64,000 nt of DNA from Octopus vulgaris (GCA_951406725.2 OX597828.1:37820001-37884000), one strand, 5' to 3'. Shown: positions 1 to 13,718, counted from the stretch's first letter. The notes: generated by a model not told the origin, from the sequence alone. Made by a program: numbers and translations.

Positions 1-1688
1 ACCGAAGAGTAATTGATCGATATGAGTGTGTATAAGGGACTTGATCCAAATGCCCCCCAGCGTGATTGACCCGGAACAATATAGTTACAAAATGGGATGT
101 CTTCGACCCCAGAGTAAGAAAAACAAAACGTCATAACGAGCAACTGTATAGCGCAAGGAATTAGCCTGCCGCCATTTTGATTTGGCAAAAAAAAGCAAAA
201 TATTAAATGCTTCAAGAGGAAGGAGCTGTGGGCCTGTCCTTGGCCGTTCCATCCCCAGGACGTTGAGTTTGATACAGTTAACAATTCTGTTGTTAGTTGA
301 TTGTTATAGAGGAAACAAGAGCAAGAAGCATCTACCAGGAGAGAGACGTCCTGAAGAGGAAAGACTTAGTGAACTAATTCATGAGAAGTGTGCGGTTTGG
401 CAGTGGTAAAAGCAATATGAGTGAAAATAAGAGAAGAGAGATGAGTAAATAGGAAGTTGTTTAGTAACGACGTCAAAAGATTAACCAACTTCGAAGTGCT
501 GGGGTCATCGAAGTAGCGTTAGAATTAGGCCGAGAAATGACACAAAATATTTATGTTCACCAGATGCTGGGGTGATACTGGTGATCATGTGATTGAAATT
601 CCTCCACGTTTGTCTATTAATAAAAGTTCATAGTCGTTAAAAACTCTCTATGTCTGTCTACGCCTAGGGTGAATTCCATGATTAAGTTGTTATTTAAAAT
701 GATAGATTAATAATTGAAGCAGATAGTTTATAAATATTTTATGGTAAAAATATGTTTATTTGGTGTAAAATACGAAAGTGAAGACAATATAATTTCAAAA
801 TCTTCGAAAGCCTTATTAATCACACTCAAACGGATGTTCTTATTCTATAAACTGTTAGTGCACTGGATGGACAGAACCGTTACAGCGTCGAGAAAATGTT
901 TCGCAGTATTTTTCCTCCCCGTTTTACTCACTGGGTAAAAATCCTGCCGAAGGCAACATTGCTTCGCATCCTGTCCAAAGTATCTGTCGAGTACTGCGAT
1001 TGATGCTATCGACTAACCTCCTGTCCCTCAAATGTTGCCGGCTTTGTACTTATATTAGAAAACATTATTCTATAAATTATGAAAAGTATTTGTAAGGAAA
1101 ATCTCGTATCAATTCTCTGTGGACAGGTTCGTTAGCTATATAGTATTAGTTGTGGTGAGTAACTTTGCATCGCAACGTTTTAAGATACCGATAAATGGAA
1201 ACAGAAAGCTAACGTTTATGCTCTTCAAGGCGAACTGAAAATCAAAATATATTCAGAAAACCAGTGTAGCGAAGAGAGGGCTATAATATTCGGGCGAGTA
1301 GGCTTAGCTTGTAAACCTATTAAGAATGAAATACGTGTAGCTTATACATTGCCATAATATAATTGTTGAATATTAGATACAGCACAATATCATAATTCTG
1401 AATATATAATCTATAATAATATATAACAATATATAATACATAATATAATAATATCGGGACTGTGACAAGTGACGTGACATAAGAGCCATGATTATCATAC
1501 CGATTTGAAGAGGAAAGATTCTCTCGCACAAGAATTTGTCTATATTTTTTGTGTACGTTATTATTTAAAATTGCTTGGTTTTAGCTCGTAATAAAGCTGA
1601 AATATTGTTAGTAGTAGCCTAGCTTAGCGATATACAAAAACTGGTTCTATGAACTCATCCGATTATCTAGGTTATAAATATAAGATAA

Positions 1689-1794
<106 letters not shown>

Positions 1795-2890
1795 ATATAT
1801 ATGTATATATATATATCAAGATAAGCGAATCTAGCTATAGCGTTAGTAGTAATATAATATTGATAAGGTAAATGATGTTGATTGAGTGTACAACTAGAAT
1901 TTTAACTAAGACAAAGTGTCGATTCTGAAATCTTTAAGTAGATTAATGGTGATGTTGGATATTGAGATGTAAGGATATTAAGAATAGAGCGAACTGATAA
2001 AAAACGAATACGAGAAGACAGTACACAAAGGTGATGTAAATTAATTATAAAGATCGGGAAAATAGATTTGTAAGTATCTAAAATGTCGTAGTTTGTATCT
2101 ACCTAGTTGGGGAAGTTTTATAGACGTAAGCTTGCATAATAGACGTGCAGTACAATTATGGCGTATATTGAAGAATCTAGAGATATCAGAACCGTGTATC
2201 TTTATATTTTAATACTATTCAGTGAAGTGTTGGTTGGTGTAGATGAAATATCCAGTGCAGGGACAAGGTATGTAGCTAATTGGTTAAATTAATATAAAAT
2301 AGATAAGATACATTATATCGTATATGGTGCGAAGGCCTATGTATGATTCATACCGGTAGATAGAGAAAAATTTTGAATATTAATATGTTTAATGGCAGGA
2401 ATAGTCAAAGGTGAAGTAAGAGAATAAATGAGGATGCGTTGGATGAATTACTTATCAGAGGAAGATAAGTTGATAGGAAAAGCAATTTGAGGTTCTTAAA
2501 GAAATATAAGGCCAGATTTTTCTGGTTGTAGATGACATTAGTAAATCTATGATATTAAGTCGGTGGTATACAGAAGTGGTGGTTATTTAATTTGCTTTGA
2601 ACAGTCATTCAATTGAAATATTATACAGCGTATTTTTAGGAAGTTTATAGTCATCTACAATACACAATGTTGAAATTGTAAGAAAATAGAGAAGTAATAC
2701 ACAGGTGAAGGTATTGAAGCGGTTGTAAATATCTATGTGATTAAATCAAACGATGAAGAAGGTTTGTTGTGATTTCTTTTGGCTTTAAGTTTAGCGTACG
2801 TACAGGTTTATCCTAATGACGGGACGCATTTTAAACGCAAATAACTAGGACCGGAACAAGCATATTTAATAAGAAAATAATAGGCTAGTA

Positions 2891-3393
2891 CTGGGTTGTC
2901 CGGAAAGTTTGTGCCGATTTTTAAAGGAAAGCAAAAGGTCAATAAATACTTGCCATTACATTTTTAAGCAACCAAATATGAAACATTTTGTTGCACAATG
3001 TGTTTCTATCTTTCCTTTAACTCGAAAATACCCTCTTCCCGGAATTGAGGTGGTATCATGGCAAAGACTTCATCAAGGTATCTTTTTACGTCATCCAAGG
3101 AATTGAAATTTTTACTTTTAACACTATTCTACAGAGACCTGAATAAGTGGAAATCCGAAGGAGCAATATCTAGTGAATATGGAGGGTGGGGTAGCACATC
3201 CCATCCCAGCTGCAGCAATTTTTGTCTAGTTCTCAAAGAAACGTGCGGTTTTGCATTATCATTTTGGAAAATCACACCCTTCCAGTTGGCCAATTCTGGA
3301 CGTTTCTCTTGAATTTTATGGACTCAACCATGTTCTAAAATAAGTCGAAAGGTAAGCTACTATAAATCGGCACGAACTTTCCGGACAACTCAA
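2891..3393 (-). mobile_element. Internally deleted mariner (Tc1/mariner) element
   Basis: ~30-bp TIRs CTGGGTTGTCCGGAAAGTTTGTGCCGATTT / AAATCGGCACGAACTTTCCGGACAACTCAA, with TA on both sides (2889-90, 3394-95). The minus strand reads GVIFQNDNAKPH...GWDVLPHPPYSLDIAPSDFHLFRSL*, matching the mariner DD34D motifs HDNAxxH and YSPDLAPSD. Confidence 0.92.
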
Positions 3394-4153
3394 TATAATA
3401 ACCAAGGTACAAATAACGTGTGCCATCATTACGAGACACAGTATATTACTTAGTTGCACGGTCACACAAATATCATTGCGATGACATATACGAAATTTGC
3501 AACCATCTACATTATACTATATTCTTTCCATACATCTAATTGGAGACGAATGCTTTTGAATTCAAATATGATTGTCATTCTTGTAAAGTTAAATATATTT
3601 CAAGAATTCATCCAAATACATGCTGAGGAATATAATCAATGCATTCAATACGCAGATAGATAAAAGGCAGTCCTGGAGTGATTAAGAAAACGGGTAAAGT
3701 ATATAGAAAAAGAACTTTTAAATTAACGGTTCTCGACCAGGTTTCTATATGGCATTGACGGCGCATGTAAGGTTTTGCTGTTAAAATTTATCTGCAATAA
3801 ATGGTATATACTTCTGCAATACACATAATATTTTCATAAATCTTTTTTTTATTATGCAAACCTTAGTAATATTTAATTATGAAAATATAACAGGATTCTT
3901 TTAAACACAGAATGGCTATAGTGGTGTTTATCTCAGTAAAATACGAATCAAAGGGATCCATATGTAAAAAAAAAGGGGGTGAGAAACTTTGATTTGAATG
4001 AGGAAAGAGCGAAAGGGGCTAATTAAAGGTAAAGCCGGTAGCATTTTAGGCAGCGTTTGTAAATTCTATTAGGCACCAGAGCAGTAGTGTATGTATACAG
4101 ATATATATCAATCTCTCTATCTATTTCTGTCTCTGTATGTTCCCATCTCTTTA

Positions 4154-4188
<35 letters not shown>

Positions 4189-4379
4189 TAAATTTACAGG
4201 AAAGCAAAGGACGAAGACAGGTGTATGATCAAGAAGGGGAAATGAGAAAAGCTTTTACGTTTCGAGCCTACTCCTTCCCTCCTTCAAACGAGCCCACAAC
4301 CTAGTCAACAGTTTCTTCCCTAACCCCACCTCCCAGCTTGGCTCGCTTCCCTGCTCCCGCCCACGCTTCTGCACTCGCC

Positions 4380-4540
4380 CCTACCTTTTAACACAACCAT
4401 CTTCACTGGACTCCATCATCACCCCTATCATATCACCGACTCCTTTACCTGCATTTCTAGCAACATCCTTTACTGCATCACTCGCTCAGTCAAACGGGAT
4501 ATCGCTTGGCTGACCGATTCGCAGAGCACTTCCGGGACGC
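4380..4540 (+). pseudogene. Penelope-like GIY-YIG endonuclease remnant
   Basis: Reads DSFTCISSNILYCIT, then after a frameshift/deletion SQTGYRLADRFAEHFRD, which is the typical PLE GIY-YIG pattern. Confidence 0.65.
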
Positions 4541-4783
4541 GAATTTTTTTCCCACGAGAGTTCCAGACCTCAGTTATGAATTCATTTGCACACAACCAAT
4601 CAGAACTCACCTGTCAAACTAATTTATGAGCACATAACAAGTGATGGGCGATAAGATAATGTCACTTGGGTACGGAATGACCATGCTTCTTTTCCCTTTT
4701 AATAACGTTTGCTGTTCTTGTTCTAACCATGGCTGCCTTCTTTTTTGAAATTCCCTTTGTTTATTCTCTCTTATTCTTTTCTG

Positions 4784-5196
4784 ATTTCTTTACTGCCCGC
4801 AAGGGGCTACACACAGAGGGGACAAACATGGACAGACAAACGGATTAAGTCGATTATATCGACCCCAGTGCGTAACTGGTATTTATTTAATCGACCCCCG
4901 AAAGGATGAAAGGCAAAATCGACCGGCGGAATTTGAACTCAGAACGTAGCGGCAGACGAAATACCTATTTCTTTATTGCCCACAAGGGACTAAACATAAA
5001 GGGGACAAACAAGGACAGACAAAGGGATTAAGTCGATTACATCGACCCCAGTGCGTAACTGGTATTTATTTAATTGACCCCGAAAGGATGAAAGGCAAAG
5101 TCGACTTCGGTGGGATTTGAACTCAGAACGTAGCGGCAGACGAAATATCGCTAAGCATTTCGCCCGGCGCACTAACATTTCTGCCAGTTCGCTGCC
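4784..5196 (-). mobile_element. tRNA-derived SINE family A, tandem pair (full copy 4966-5196; second unit 4784-4965 starting at GGTATTTCG)
   Basis: Head GGCAGCGAACTGGCAGAA...GAGTTCAAAT (A/B-box-like), central GCCTTTCATCCTTTCGGGGTC (Nin/Deu-like domain), tail GGGCAATAAAGAAATA. Homologous to 51229-51775. Confidence 0.85.
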
Positions 5197-5509
5197 TTAA
5201 TCTACACTAAATTGACAGTGAAGTGTTCCATCGTCCAAAAGTAATATCTGAATATCCTTCATTTACTATAAACACGAAGCAAGCAAAAGCACCATCTATT
5301 TGTTCTTAAAGTCTGCCAGCAGTTACAGTTACTAAGTAACTATGTTACGCATACTCTCTCAACTTCTCATAATTTATTCACCCAAATAACTAATTATGTA
5401 TTTAACAAATTAATTATTTATTCATATTATTCAGTTCAACATTATATGTATAACAATAATTAGAACAGAGAAGTCTGTACACAACGTCATAACACCTTAT
5501 CTGCGAAGA

Positions 5510-5547
5510 TTTCCTGAAGAAGAGTTCCTAACTTCGAAATATTGAAG
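5510..5547 (+). ncRNA. Minimal type I hammerhead ribozyme-like motif (Penelope-type)
   Basis: TTTC-CTGAAGA-A-GAGTT(CCT)AACTTC-GAAA-TATT-GAAG: core boxes, stem II, palindromic AATATT in place of stem III, and a short stem I. Confidence 0.45.
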
Positions 5548-6716
5548 GTAAAATTCCAAACCATCGTATAAATTCCAAACCATTGTACTATCTCTTATAA
5601 TTCGCATTGTTTTGAATTTCAAAAAATATCTTTTATATATCATTTATATTTTCTGTTAACTACTTAAACTTTTAATGACTATAACAGCTATTCTTAGTTT
5701 CTTACCCTGCTGCCAACAGTTAAAACAATGTATTTATTCTGTATACATTGATCTCCATGAATTTTTGTAATCTCAAAATTCTGCCGAGAGCGTTAATCGT
5801 AGAATTTAAGCTACGATGTTATCTTAATTATACTTTTGACATGTTTAATTTTCATAACCTTTCTGTGACCGTTCTTACTCATATCTAGAATTAAGTTCCT
5901 GTTCAAAATTAATTCACTGCAATTCTTTGTGATAAACATTCTAATATCAAATTCAGTTTCTCTTAATATCTTATAAAGCTATTTTGTTGCATTCTTTTTA
6001 CATTCGCTATGAATCTAATCATAATTCGTCCTTGAACTTTTGGAAAACATCTAATACTTTTACAAATAATAATTTCTTTCCAAAATAATTTCTTCCCAAA
6101 TGCTTTTCATTTTAATATATTCTATTATTCTATTATTCTGTTAGCGATTTTAAGAAGGGGATTTGACCATAGTGTCGCCCCACCATTAAGGTCAATGCTT
6201 GTTTCTTTTATTCTCATTTCCATCTCCTGTCCATGAAACCGGGTCTGGAGCTGTGAGTTAGGGAGATACGTCCTATTTTGTGTTTCATGCCGTGATGTGG
6301 GTTCGTATACTATACCAAATATATGTCTGATTGTTCAAAAGAGCATATGTATATCTAAACATCGTAGGTGGAAATGTTTGATAATTTCTGAGCTTTTAAA
6401 ACTTAATCAACTACAGTATTGGGTCTTTACTCTGGATGGAGTGACGTCAAATATGGGGATCTCGTATAGTTTAAAACCTCAGAATTGGGTCATCATAAGT
6501 TAGTGTGTGTGTTTGTGTGTGTGCGCGCGCGTGCAACATAGTTTCCTTTTTATAAAATATCGTTATTGTCTGGATATATGAAAAGAAACATATTTTCAGA
6601 AAAGCCATTTCATCCTTCACTATAAACTGCAAAAACTGATAGCGAACGTTTCTTCCTTAGTGATGTTTGGTTTAGGAAATTTTGCTTTTTCTAGTACCTG
6701 TCTCTACCCACCTCAA

Positions 6717-6762
6717 GACACCTGATGAAGGCTGGAGGATATATCAGCCGAAACGTTGTGCT
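6717..6762 (+). ncRNA. Minimal type I hammerhead ribozyme motif (Penelope-type)
   Basis: GACAC-CTGATGA-A-GGCTG(10-nt loop)CAGCC-GAAA-CGTT-GTGCT: perfect core, 5-bp stem II, palindromic AACGTT, and stem I with one mismatch. Confidence 0.65.
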
Positions 6763-7423
6763 AACAACAAGCAAGAGGAGGACAAATATCCGTCAATTGT
6801 AAATATTGTAAATAATATATATATGTAGGTTGTATTATTGTATTATGCAAGATGTCGTAAATAAAATATAAAAGCAAACCGATGAGATTCGGCCCTGGAA
6901 CGGAAAAGTTAATTTAGCTAAACGGAAATGCTTCACAGGAAGTTAGCCACAATAGTGACCCACCGGAAATAGGCTTCGTTTAAATGAAAATATATGGCCA
7001 TTGTAAAATATTAAATAGCGACAGGTAGGATAGTTTAACGGTTTATTTTGAGTCTTACAATTCTTTATGATTTTCATTCTTTTTGTAGAATTTAAAACTA
7101 AATTTATGGGGAAAGCAACAGTGTACCAAGCATGCCAAGAACGTATATATATATATGTGTATGTGTGTGGACGCAAAATTCGTTTCCTTCTGATAGTTGT
7201 TGGTTAGTAGTGGACAGCAATTGTAGCCGGATATCTATACAGAGAAGGGAACAGAGGTGCGTTATCTCGTATACATGCTTAAAAGGGTGCGCCAAGTTGT
7301 GTTCTTTCACATGAAGATATGGGTGGCAACCATTCCTTAAAAAGGAAATCGATATAAGGAGATACCAGTGAATTCGCTGAAACACTTGAAACAACAATTA
7401 ATGAAATAACAGCTTATAGCCAG

Positions 7424-7428
7424 AAAAA
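7424..7428 (-). terminator. Pol III terminator (T5) of the tRNA-Arg gene
   Basis: TTTTT on the minus strand, 10 nt downstream of the discriminator base. Confidence 0.75.
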
Positions 7429-7438
7429 TTAACAGTAC

Positions 7439-7511
7439 CGACCCTGGTGGGACTCGAACCCACAATCTTCGGTTCCGGAGACCGACGCCTTCTCCATTAG
7501 GCCACAAGGCC
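7439..7511 (-). tRNA. tRNA-Arg-CCG: tRNA-Arg (anticodon CCG)
   Basis: 73-nt cloverleaf GGCCTTG-TGGCCTAATGGAGAAGGCG-TCGGT-CT-CCG-GA-ACCGA-AGATT-GTGGG-TTCGAGT-CCCAC-CAGGGTC-G. All stems pair and the A and B boxes are intact. Confidence 0.95.
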
Positions 7512-7838
7512 ACCTCCGATGATAGGGCCTTGCGTTTGAGTCTTTAAATCGTTTGTCGACTTTTCTCAAAGATGCTTTTGTTGCTGTTGTCATTATTGAT
7601 AGTGCTGATTTTGTTGTTGTTGTTGTTGATGTGGTGGTGGTGGTGGTGGTGATGGGAGGTAATAGTAGTAGTATTAGTAGTGATGGTGGTGGTGGTGGCG
7701 GTTCTTGTTCCTATCGATCTGTGCGTTTCTAGTTCGTGGCTGTCACTACGGATATTATTGTTTGGCGAGATGAAGAAACTAGAAACTAGAAAGAGAGTAG
7801 AGAGAAGAGATTGGAAATAAGTAAGATACGAGGGAAGA

Positions 7839-7890
<52 letters not shown>

Positions 7891-8310
7891 TATAAGAATG
7901 AGTGGGAAAATTTCAGCAATGAATGACAGACAGATGAGAGGAACTTACGGAAGAAATAGTAACAGAGATATAGAGATGAGGTGAGTTATGAGGGAGAGCT
8001 GGAGAAGGAGTGAGAAAGTCAGTGTTATCGAGATTTTAGAAGAGAAAGACGAAAAGATAGAGACGAAGTGTGAGAGGGAAGAGGAAAGTACAAGTGACTG
8101 AGATAAAATGAGAAGGAAGAGGACGACAGCTCCAAAAAGGAGAAGGCGGAGTAGGAGACATTACATGATTGAATGAGAGGAATGTGCAGCAAGCGATGGT
8201 CGATAGTAAAGAACATACTGTTAAGCAATAAGTGTTTGTCTCATTAATAAAATAGTTTTATTAGAGAACCAACGAAGATGGTGATATGTGGCTATATATA
8301 TGTATGCATT

Positions 8311-8501
8311 TCTTTTATTCTTTTACTTGTTTCAGTCATTTGACTGCGGCCATGCTGGGGCACCGCCTTTAGTCGAGCATCTCGACCCCGGGGCTTATTC
8401 TTTGTAAGCCCAGTACTTATTCTATCGGTCTCTTTTGCCGAACCGCTAAGTAACGGGGATGTAAACACACCAGCATCGGTTGTCAAGCAATGCTAGGGGG
8501 A

Positions 8502-8538
<37 letters not shown>

Positions 8539-8719
8539 ATATATATATACATATATACGACAGGCTTCTTTCAGTTTCCGTCCACCAAATCCACTCACAA
8601 GGCATTGGTCGGCCCGGGGCTAAAGCAGAAGACACTTGCCCAAGATGCCACGCAGTGGACTGAACCCGGAACCATGTGGTTGGTTAGCAAGCTACTTACC
8701 ACACAGCCACTCTTGCGCC
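8311..8719 (-). mobile_element. tRNA-derived SINE family B, full length
   Basis: Head GGCGCAAGAGTGGCTGTGTGGTAAG...GGTTCAGTCC, CORE-like CTTGGGCAAGT, internal (TA)/(TG) tract, tail CCAGCATGGCCGCAGTCAAATGACTGAAACAAGTAAAAGA. Direct repeat TATGTATGCATTTCTTTTATTC at ~8299 and ~8720 is a probable TSD next to an older tail fragment at 8731-8826. Confidence 0.9.
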
Positions 8720-8949
8720 TATGTATGCATTTCTTTTATTCCTTTACTTGTTTCAGTCATTTGACTGCGGCCATGCTGGGGCACCGCCTTTAGTCGAGCA
8801 AATTGACCCCAGGACTTATACTTTGTATTCTTTCATCACTCAGTGATTCAATATTCCCAAGGCTTAAACCAGAATAATTCTTCCATGAAATACAAACTTG
8901 GCAAACATTCTCTGTTGTCACTTCAACTTAACTCACTGTAAATCACTAT

Positions 8950-9338
8950 TTACTCTTTTATTTGTTTCAGTCATTTGACTGCGGCCATGCTGGAACACCG
9001 CCATTAGTCGAGCAAATCGACCCCAGGACTTATTCTTTGTAAGCCTAGTACTTATGCTACCGGTATCTTTTGCCGAACCGCTAAGTTACAGGGACGTAAA
9101 CACACCAGCATCGATTGTCAAGTGATGTTGAGGGGGGACAAACACAGACACACAAACACACACACACACACATATATACATATATACAACAGGCTTCTTT
9201 CAGTGTCCGTCTACCAAATCCATTCACAAGGCTTTGGTCGGCTCGAGGCTATAGTAGGAGACACTTGCCCAAGGTGTCACGCAGTGGTACTGAACCCGGA
9301 AGCATGTGGTTGGTAAGCATGCTACTCACCACACAGCC
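8950..9338 (-). mobile_element. SINE family B copy
   Basis: Colinear with 8311-8719. Confidence 0.88.
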
Positions 9339-9364
9339 TATTTGTAAATCTCACAACGTGAGAT

Positions 9365-9630
9365 GTGCCCTAAACCAGGACTGCCATGTTATGGAGGCAA
9401 ATAATCTTAACTTCACCCACTGTGTTTTCAATTGTTACTCTCTTCTTAATCTCATCAAACTCTAATGCTATTAGCCATCGTTTCTTCCTTGCCTGGTCAT
9501 ACATTCGATGTTCCATAATATCTAAGCCCTGCATTTTTATCCAAATGTCATGCAGTCTATTTCTATATCCTCTTATTGGCTCCAAGTCATCATCAATGCA
9601 TCTAAACAACTGTATTCATCACCTTTGACC
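9365..9630 (-). pseudogene. R4/Dong-type LINE N-terminal remnant
   Basis: ORF 9370..9609 IRGYRNRLHDIW...EHRMYDQARKKRWLIALEFDEIKKRV aligns by eye with IRGYQKRIYDHW...EERLSEQARAIKK at 23660-24030. Confidence 0.65.
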
Positions 9631-9995
9631 ATTTTGTTCTGGCAGCCGTATAATGACAACCAGGCCTGTGCTGTTCACCCACAGGGGTCCTGCCACATGA
9701 AAGTCCATCACTTTCTCTAGTTCCATTCTCAACTATGCTATTGTTTGTATTAATTCTTTTGTCCATAACTCTCATGCAGTGGTAAGTGGTGATAAGGTGC
9801 CACAGTCACCAGCACTTTTATGAAGACACCATATCAAGCTGAATTTGTCTCAAAAGACTCAAAGCCCTTCCCCATCTATCCTTAAAAGTTTAGGTGAGCT
9901 ATCCCGTGCAGGACACCAACCCAGGATTCTGAGCTCTGCAGCTGGTAAAATATATACCCACATATGTATACATACACACATATTGAAATAAATAA

Positions 9996-10049
<54 letters not shown>

Positions 10050-10050
10050 G

Positions 10051-10409
10051 GGCGCAGGAGTGGCTGTGTGGTAAGTAGCTTGTTTACCGACCACATGGTT
10101 CCAGGTTCAGTCCCACTGCGTGGCACCTTGGGCAAGTGTAGACGGAAACTGAAAGAAGCCCGTCGTATATATGTATATATATATATATGCGCGTGTGTGT
10201 TTGTGTGTCTGTGTTAGTCCCCCTAGCATTGCTTGACAACCGATGCTGGTGTGTTTATGTCCCCGTTACTTAGCGGTTCGGTAAAAGAGACCGATAGAAT
10301 AAGTACTGGGCTTACAAAAGAATAAGTCCCAGGGTCGAGTTGCTCCATTAAAGGCGGTGCTCCAACATGGCCGCAGTCAAATGACTGAAACAAATAAAAG
10401 AGTAAAAGA

Positions 10410-10410
<1 letters not shown>
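10051..10410 (+). mobile_element. SINE family B copy (internal deletion near 10139)
   Basis: GGCGCAGGAGTGGCTGTGTGG head through the ACTGAAACAAATAAAAGAG tail, embedded in (TA)n. Confidence 0.88.
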
Positions 10411-10490
<80 letters not shown>

Positions 10491-11183
10491 CACACATAAG
10501 AATCCAAGAGTTAAGGAATAGAGTCGATAAAATCCGGGCTACACGTTTCATAGCGAACAGAACTTTGGAAGTGATAAATATCCAAGCAATATACTACTTA
10601 TTCTGTCAGTTCCTTTTGCCGAACCGCAAAGTTACGGGGAGATAAACACACCAACATCAGTTGTCAAGCGATGGAGGGGGGATAACACAGGCACACACAC
10701 ACACACATACACACACACACACATATATATATACGGCACCTATTATGTATGTATGTATATGCTTGCATATGTGTTTGTATTAATGTGTATGTATATGTAT
10801 GTATATGGATGTATGTACGTCTATGTATGAGTATATATGTATATATATGTATGTATGTGTTTATGTATGTATAAGTATGTATGCAGGCATGTATATATGT
10901 GTGTAAGCATATTCAATTGTTCACCCTTATTATTTTAAATTTAGATTTACATGTATATATATAGATGTATATATATAGACGTGTATATATATGGATTTAT
11001 ATATGTACATATACATGTATATATATATAGATGTATATGAATACATAAATATGTATAGCTGTATATGTATACATGCATGTGTAGATGTATATACATATAT
11101 AGATGTACATGTAATATGTACACATATAATATACACATATATACACCCATACACATACACACACTCACACACAAACATACATA

Positions 11184-11520
11184 GGTGCAGGTGTGGCTGT
11201 GTGGTAACAAACGTGGTTCCAAAACACATGGTCCTGGGTTCAGTTCCACTGTGTAGTGGCTTGGCATGTGTCTTCTGCTATAGCCTCAGACCAACCAAAG
11301 CCTTGTCAGTGGATTTTGTTGACAGAAACTGAAAGAAATCAATTGTATCTATATGTATGTATATATATATAAGTCTATGTGTGTGTCTTTGTGTTTCTCC
11401 CTCATCACTGCTTCACAACTGCTGTTCGTTTATTTACCTCCCCATAACTTACTGGTTTCACAAGAAAAAGACTGATAGAATAAGTACCAGGCTTACCAAA
11501 ATAAAAAAGCACTAGGCGGT
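11184..11520 (+). mobile_element. SINE family B copy, diverged
   Basis: Head GGTGCAGGTGTGGCTGTGTGG and body colinear with other copies. A partial minus-strand copy lies at ~10600-10735. Confidence 0.8.
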
Positions 11521-11589
11521 GTCTCATATTTGTTTGCCCACTCAGTTGTATCTGTCAATTTGTCTTTGTGTGTGCGTGTGTATATATTC

Positions 11590-13240
11590 ACTGTTGAAAG
11601 TCAAAATGTACCATCTTCACCATCACTAACAGCAAATTCCATAACAACTATGGAATTTACACCTGCAATGCTGCGACGTCACCTTCAAAATAAGCGCAAC
11701 TATGCCTCCCCTGGTCTCGATGGAGTTACATACCTGCTTCTCAAACGTGGCAGGTACTTCCTTTTACACCAGCTTTCTATTTTCTTCCAGTACTGTCTCA
11801 ACAATGGTGCTACTCCGGAGCAGTGGAAAACTGCCAGTGTCATTCCTCTGTTCAAAAAGGGCGACCGCACATCACCTGTCAACTATCGCCCAGTCAGTCT
11901 CACTAGCTGTATTGCAAAACTGATGGAATCGTGTGTCAGAGAAACACTCTGGAACTTCTGGAGCTCTCACAGTCTCATCCGACCCTCACAATATGGATTT
12001 GTTCCTAACTCCAGCTGCAGTGATCAGCTTGTCGAGTTCCTTGAGGACATTACTCAGACCACTGACAGTGACTCATGGGTGGATGTTGTCTACCTTGACT
12101 TTGCTAAGGCTTTCAACTCTGTGCCACACAAAAGGCTTATGGTGAAACTCTCTGCAATGGGTGTGAGGGATGACCTTTTTAACTTGTTGAAATCCTTCAT
12201 CCTCAGCCGAAAGGAGGTAGTCACAGTTCTAGGACAGCACTCTACACCATATGAGATGCCATCGGGTGTACCACAGGGATCTGTCTTTGGTCCCCTCTTG
12301 TTTGTGGCATACATTAATGACATAGATGCCAATTTAAAGAATGCCACAGTATTGAAATATGCAGACGACATCAAGCTGTACCTTGAAATCAAGAGGACAG
12401 ATCCTGATGTCTACAACTCTTTCCTGCAATCAGACCTAGACACAATGCAGCAATGGATCACAGACTGGCAACTGAAACTGGCTGTGGACAAGTGTACCAC
12501 CATGCATTTTGGGAGAAAAAACCCTGCGTCCACATACTCCCTCCACAACACTGATATCAAGAAATCCTGTTGCGAGCGTGACCTAGGCATCACTGTCAGC
12601 AGTGATTTGCGTTGGACAAAGCATATCTCTTAAAATTGTCAAGAAGGCCGAGGGTGTCTTGGCATCTCTCAGCAAGACTTTTGTTAGCCGCTCTCCAGCC
12701 ATCTATTTAAAACTGTATACAGCTATGGTACGACCACAATTGGAATTCGCATCATCAGTTTGGAACCCCTATCTTGCTCAGAACATTGACCTCCTGGAAT
12801 CTGTCCAGAGACGTGCAACCAAACGCATACCCTCCATCAGACACCTACCATATTCTTAGCGCCTTGTTTCCCTGGGCATGGATTCACTGAAGCTCCGGCG
12901 TCTGGCGACGGACTTGGTAAACACCACAAAGTTATCAACCACCTCACCAACAACAACACTGAACACCTTTTTGATCTCCATGTGGCTAACACACGTGGAC
13001 ATGCCTACAAAGTCAGAAAACAACACAGCTCCCATGACTTTCGGAAACATCTTTTCACGCTCAGAGTTGCTGAAGCATGGAATAAACTGCCTGCGTCAGT
13101 TGTTGACTGCCATGACACTGCATCCTTTAAGGCCCTCATGCTTTCCGAAATCCGCCGAAACTACACCTGATTATATATACACTTTAGATGAGTTGTAGTG
13201 CACCTGAGGACTGTACACAATTATTATTATTATTATTATA
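11590..13240 (+). mobile_element. 5'-truncated CR1-type LINE (RT pseudogene)
   Basis: ORF 11530..12633 has SPGLDG, NYRPVSLTS, SQYGF, YLDFAKAF, GVPQGSVFGP and YADD. The C-terminus continues through a stop and a frameshift (VRPQLEFASSVWNP; TRGHAYK...RVAEAWNKLP). Ends in an (ATT)n tail. Confidence 0.92.
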
Positions 13241-13293
13241 TACATACATTTCGTATATACATATATATATAGAGAGAGATACATATATGTATA

Positions 13294-13388
<95 letters not shown>

Positions 13389-13555
13389 GTTTACAAGATA
13401 AGGGCAAAAGAAAAATTCTAATGCCAAATATGCCGAAAAAAAGACAAAAATTGTCATTAACCATTATAATTTATGCATCTTGAAACAAACCGATAGAAAT
13501 TGATGTGCTGGCCATTGATAAAATTTTTTTCCCGAAAAAATTTTATCCTACATTA

Positions 13556-13617
<62 letters not shown>

Positions 13618-13667
13618 ATATATATATATATACATACACGCACATACACACACACACACACACGCAC

Positions 13668-13718
<51 letters not shown>

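Noticed and set aside
1-420. Possible decayed Penelope RT on the minus strand (GTAKDRPTAP.., RYDVLF)
   Set aside because: Motifs are too degenerate and interrupted to support by eye.
1860-2870. Possible ancient LINE endonuclease remnant on the minus strand
   Set aside because: Only vague motif fragments and many stops. It needs a translated profile search.
3724-3995. Possible hAT-type MITE (GGTTCTCGACC ... GGTGAGAAAC)
   Set aside because: Termini are too degenerate and no TSD could be identified.
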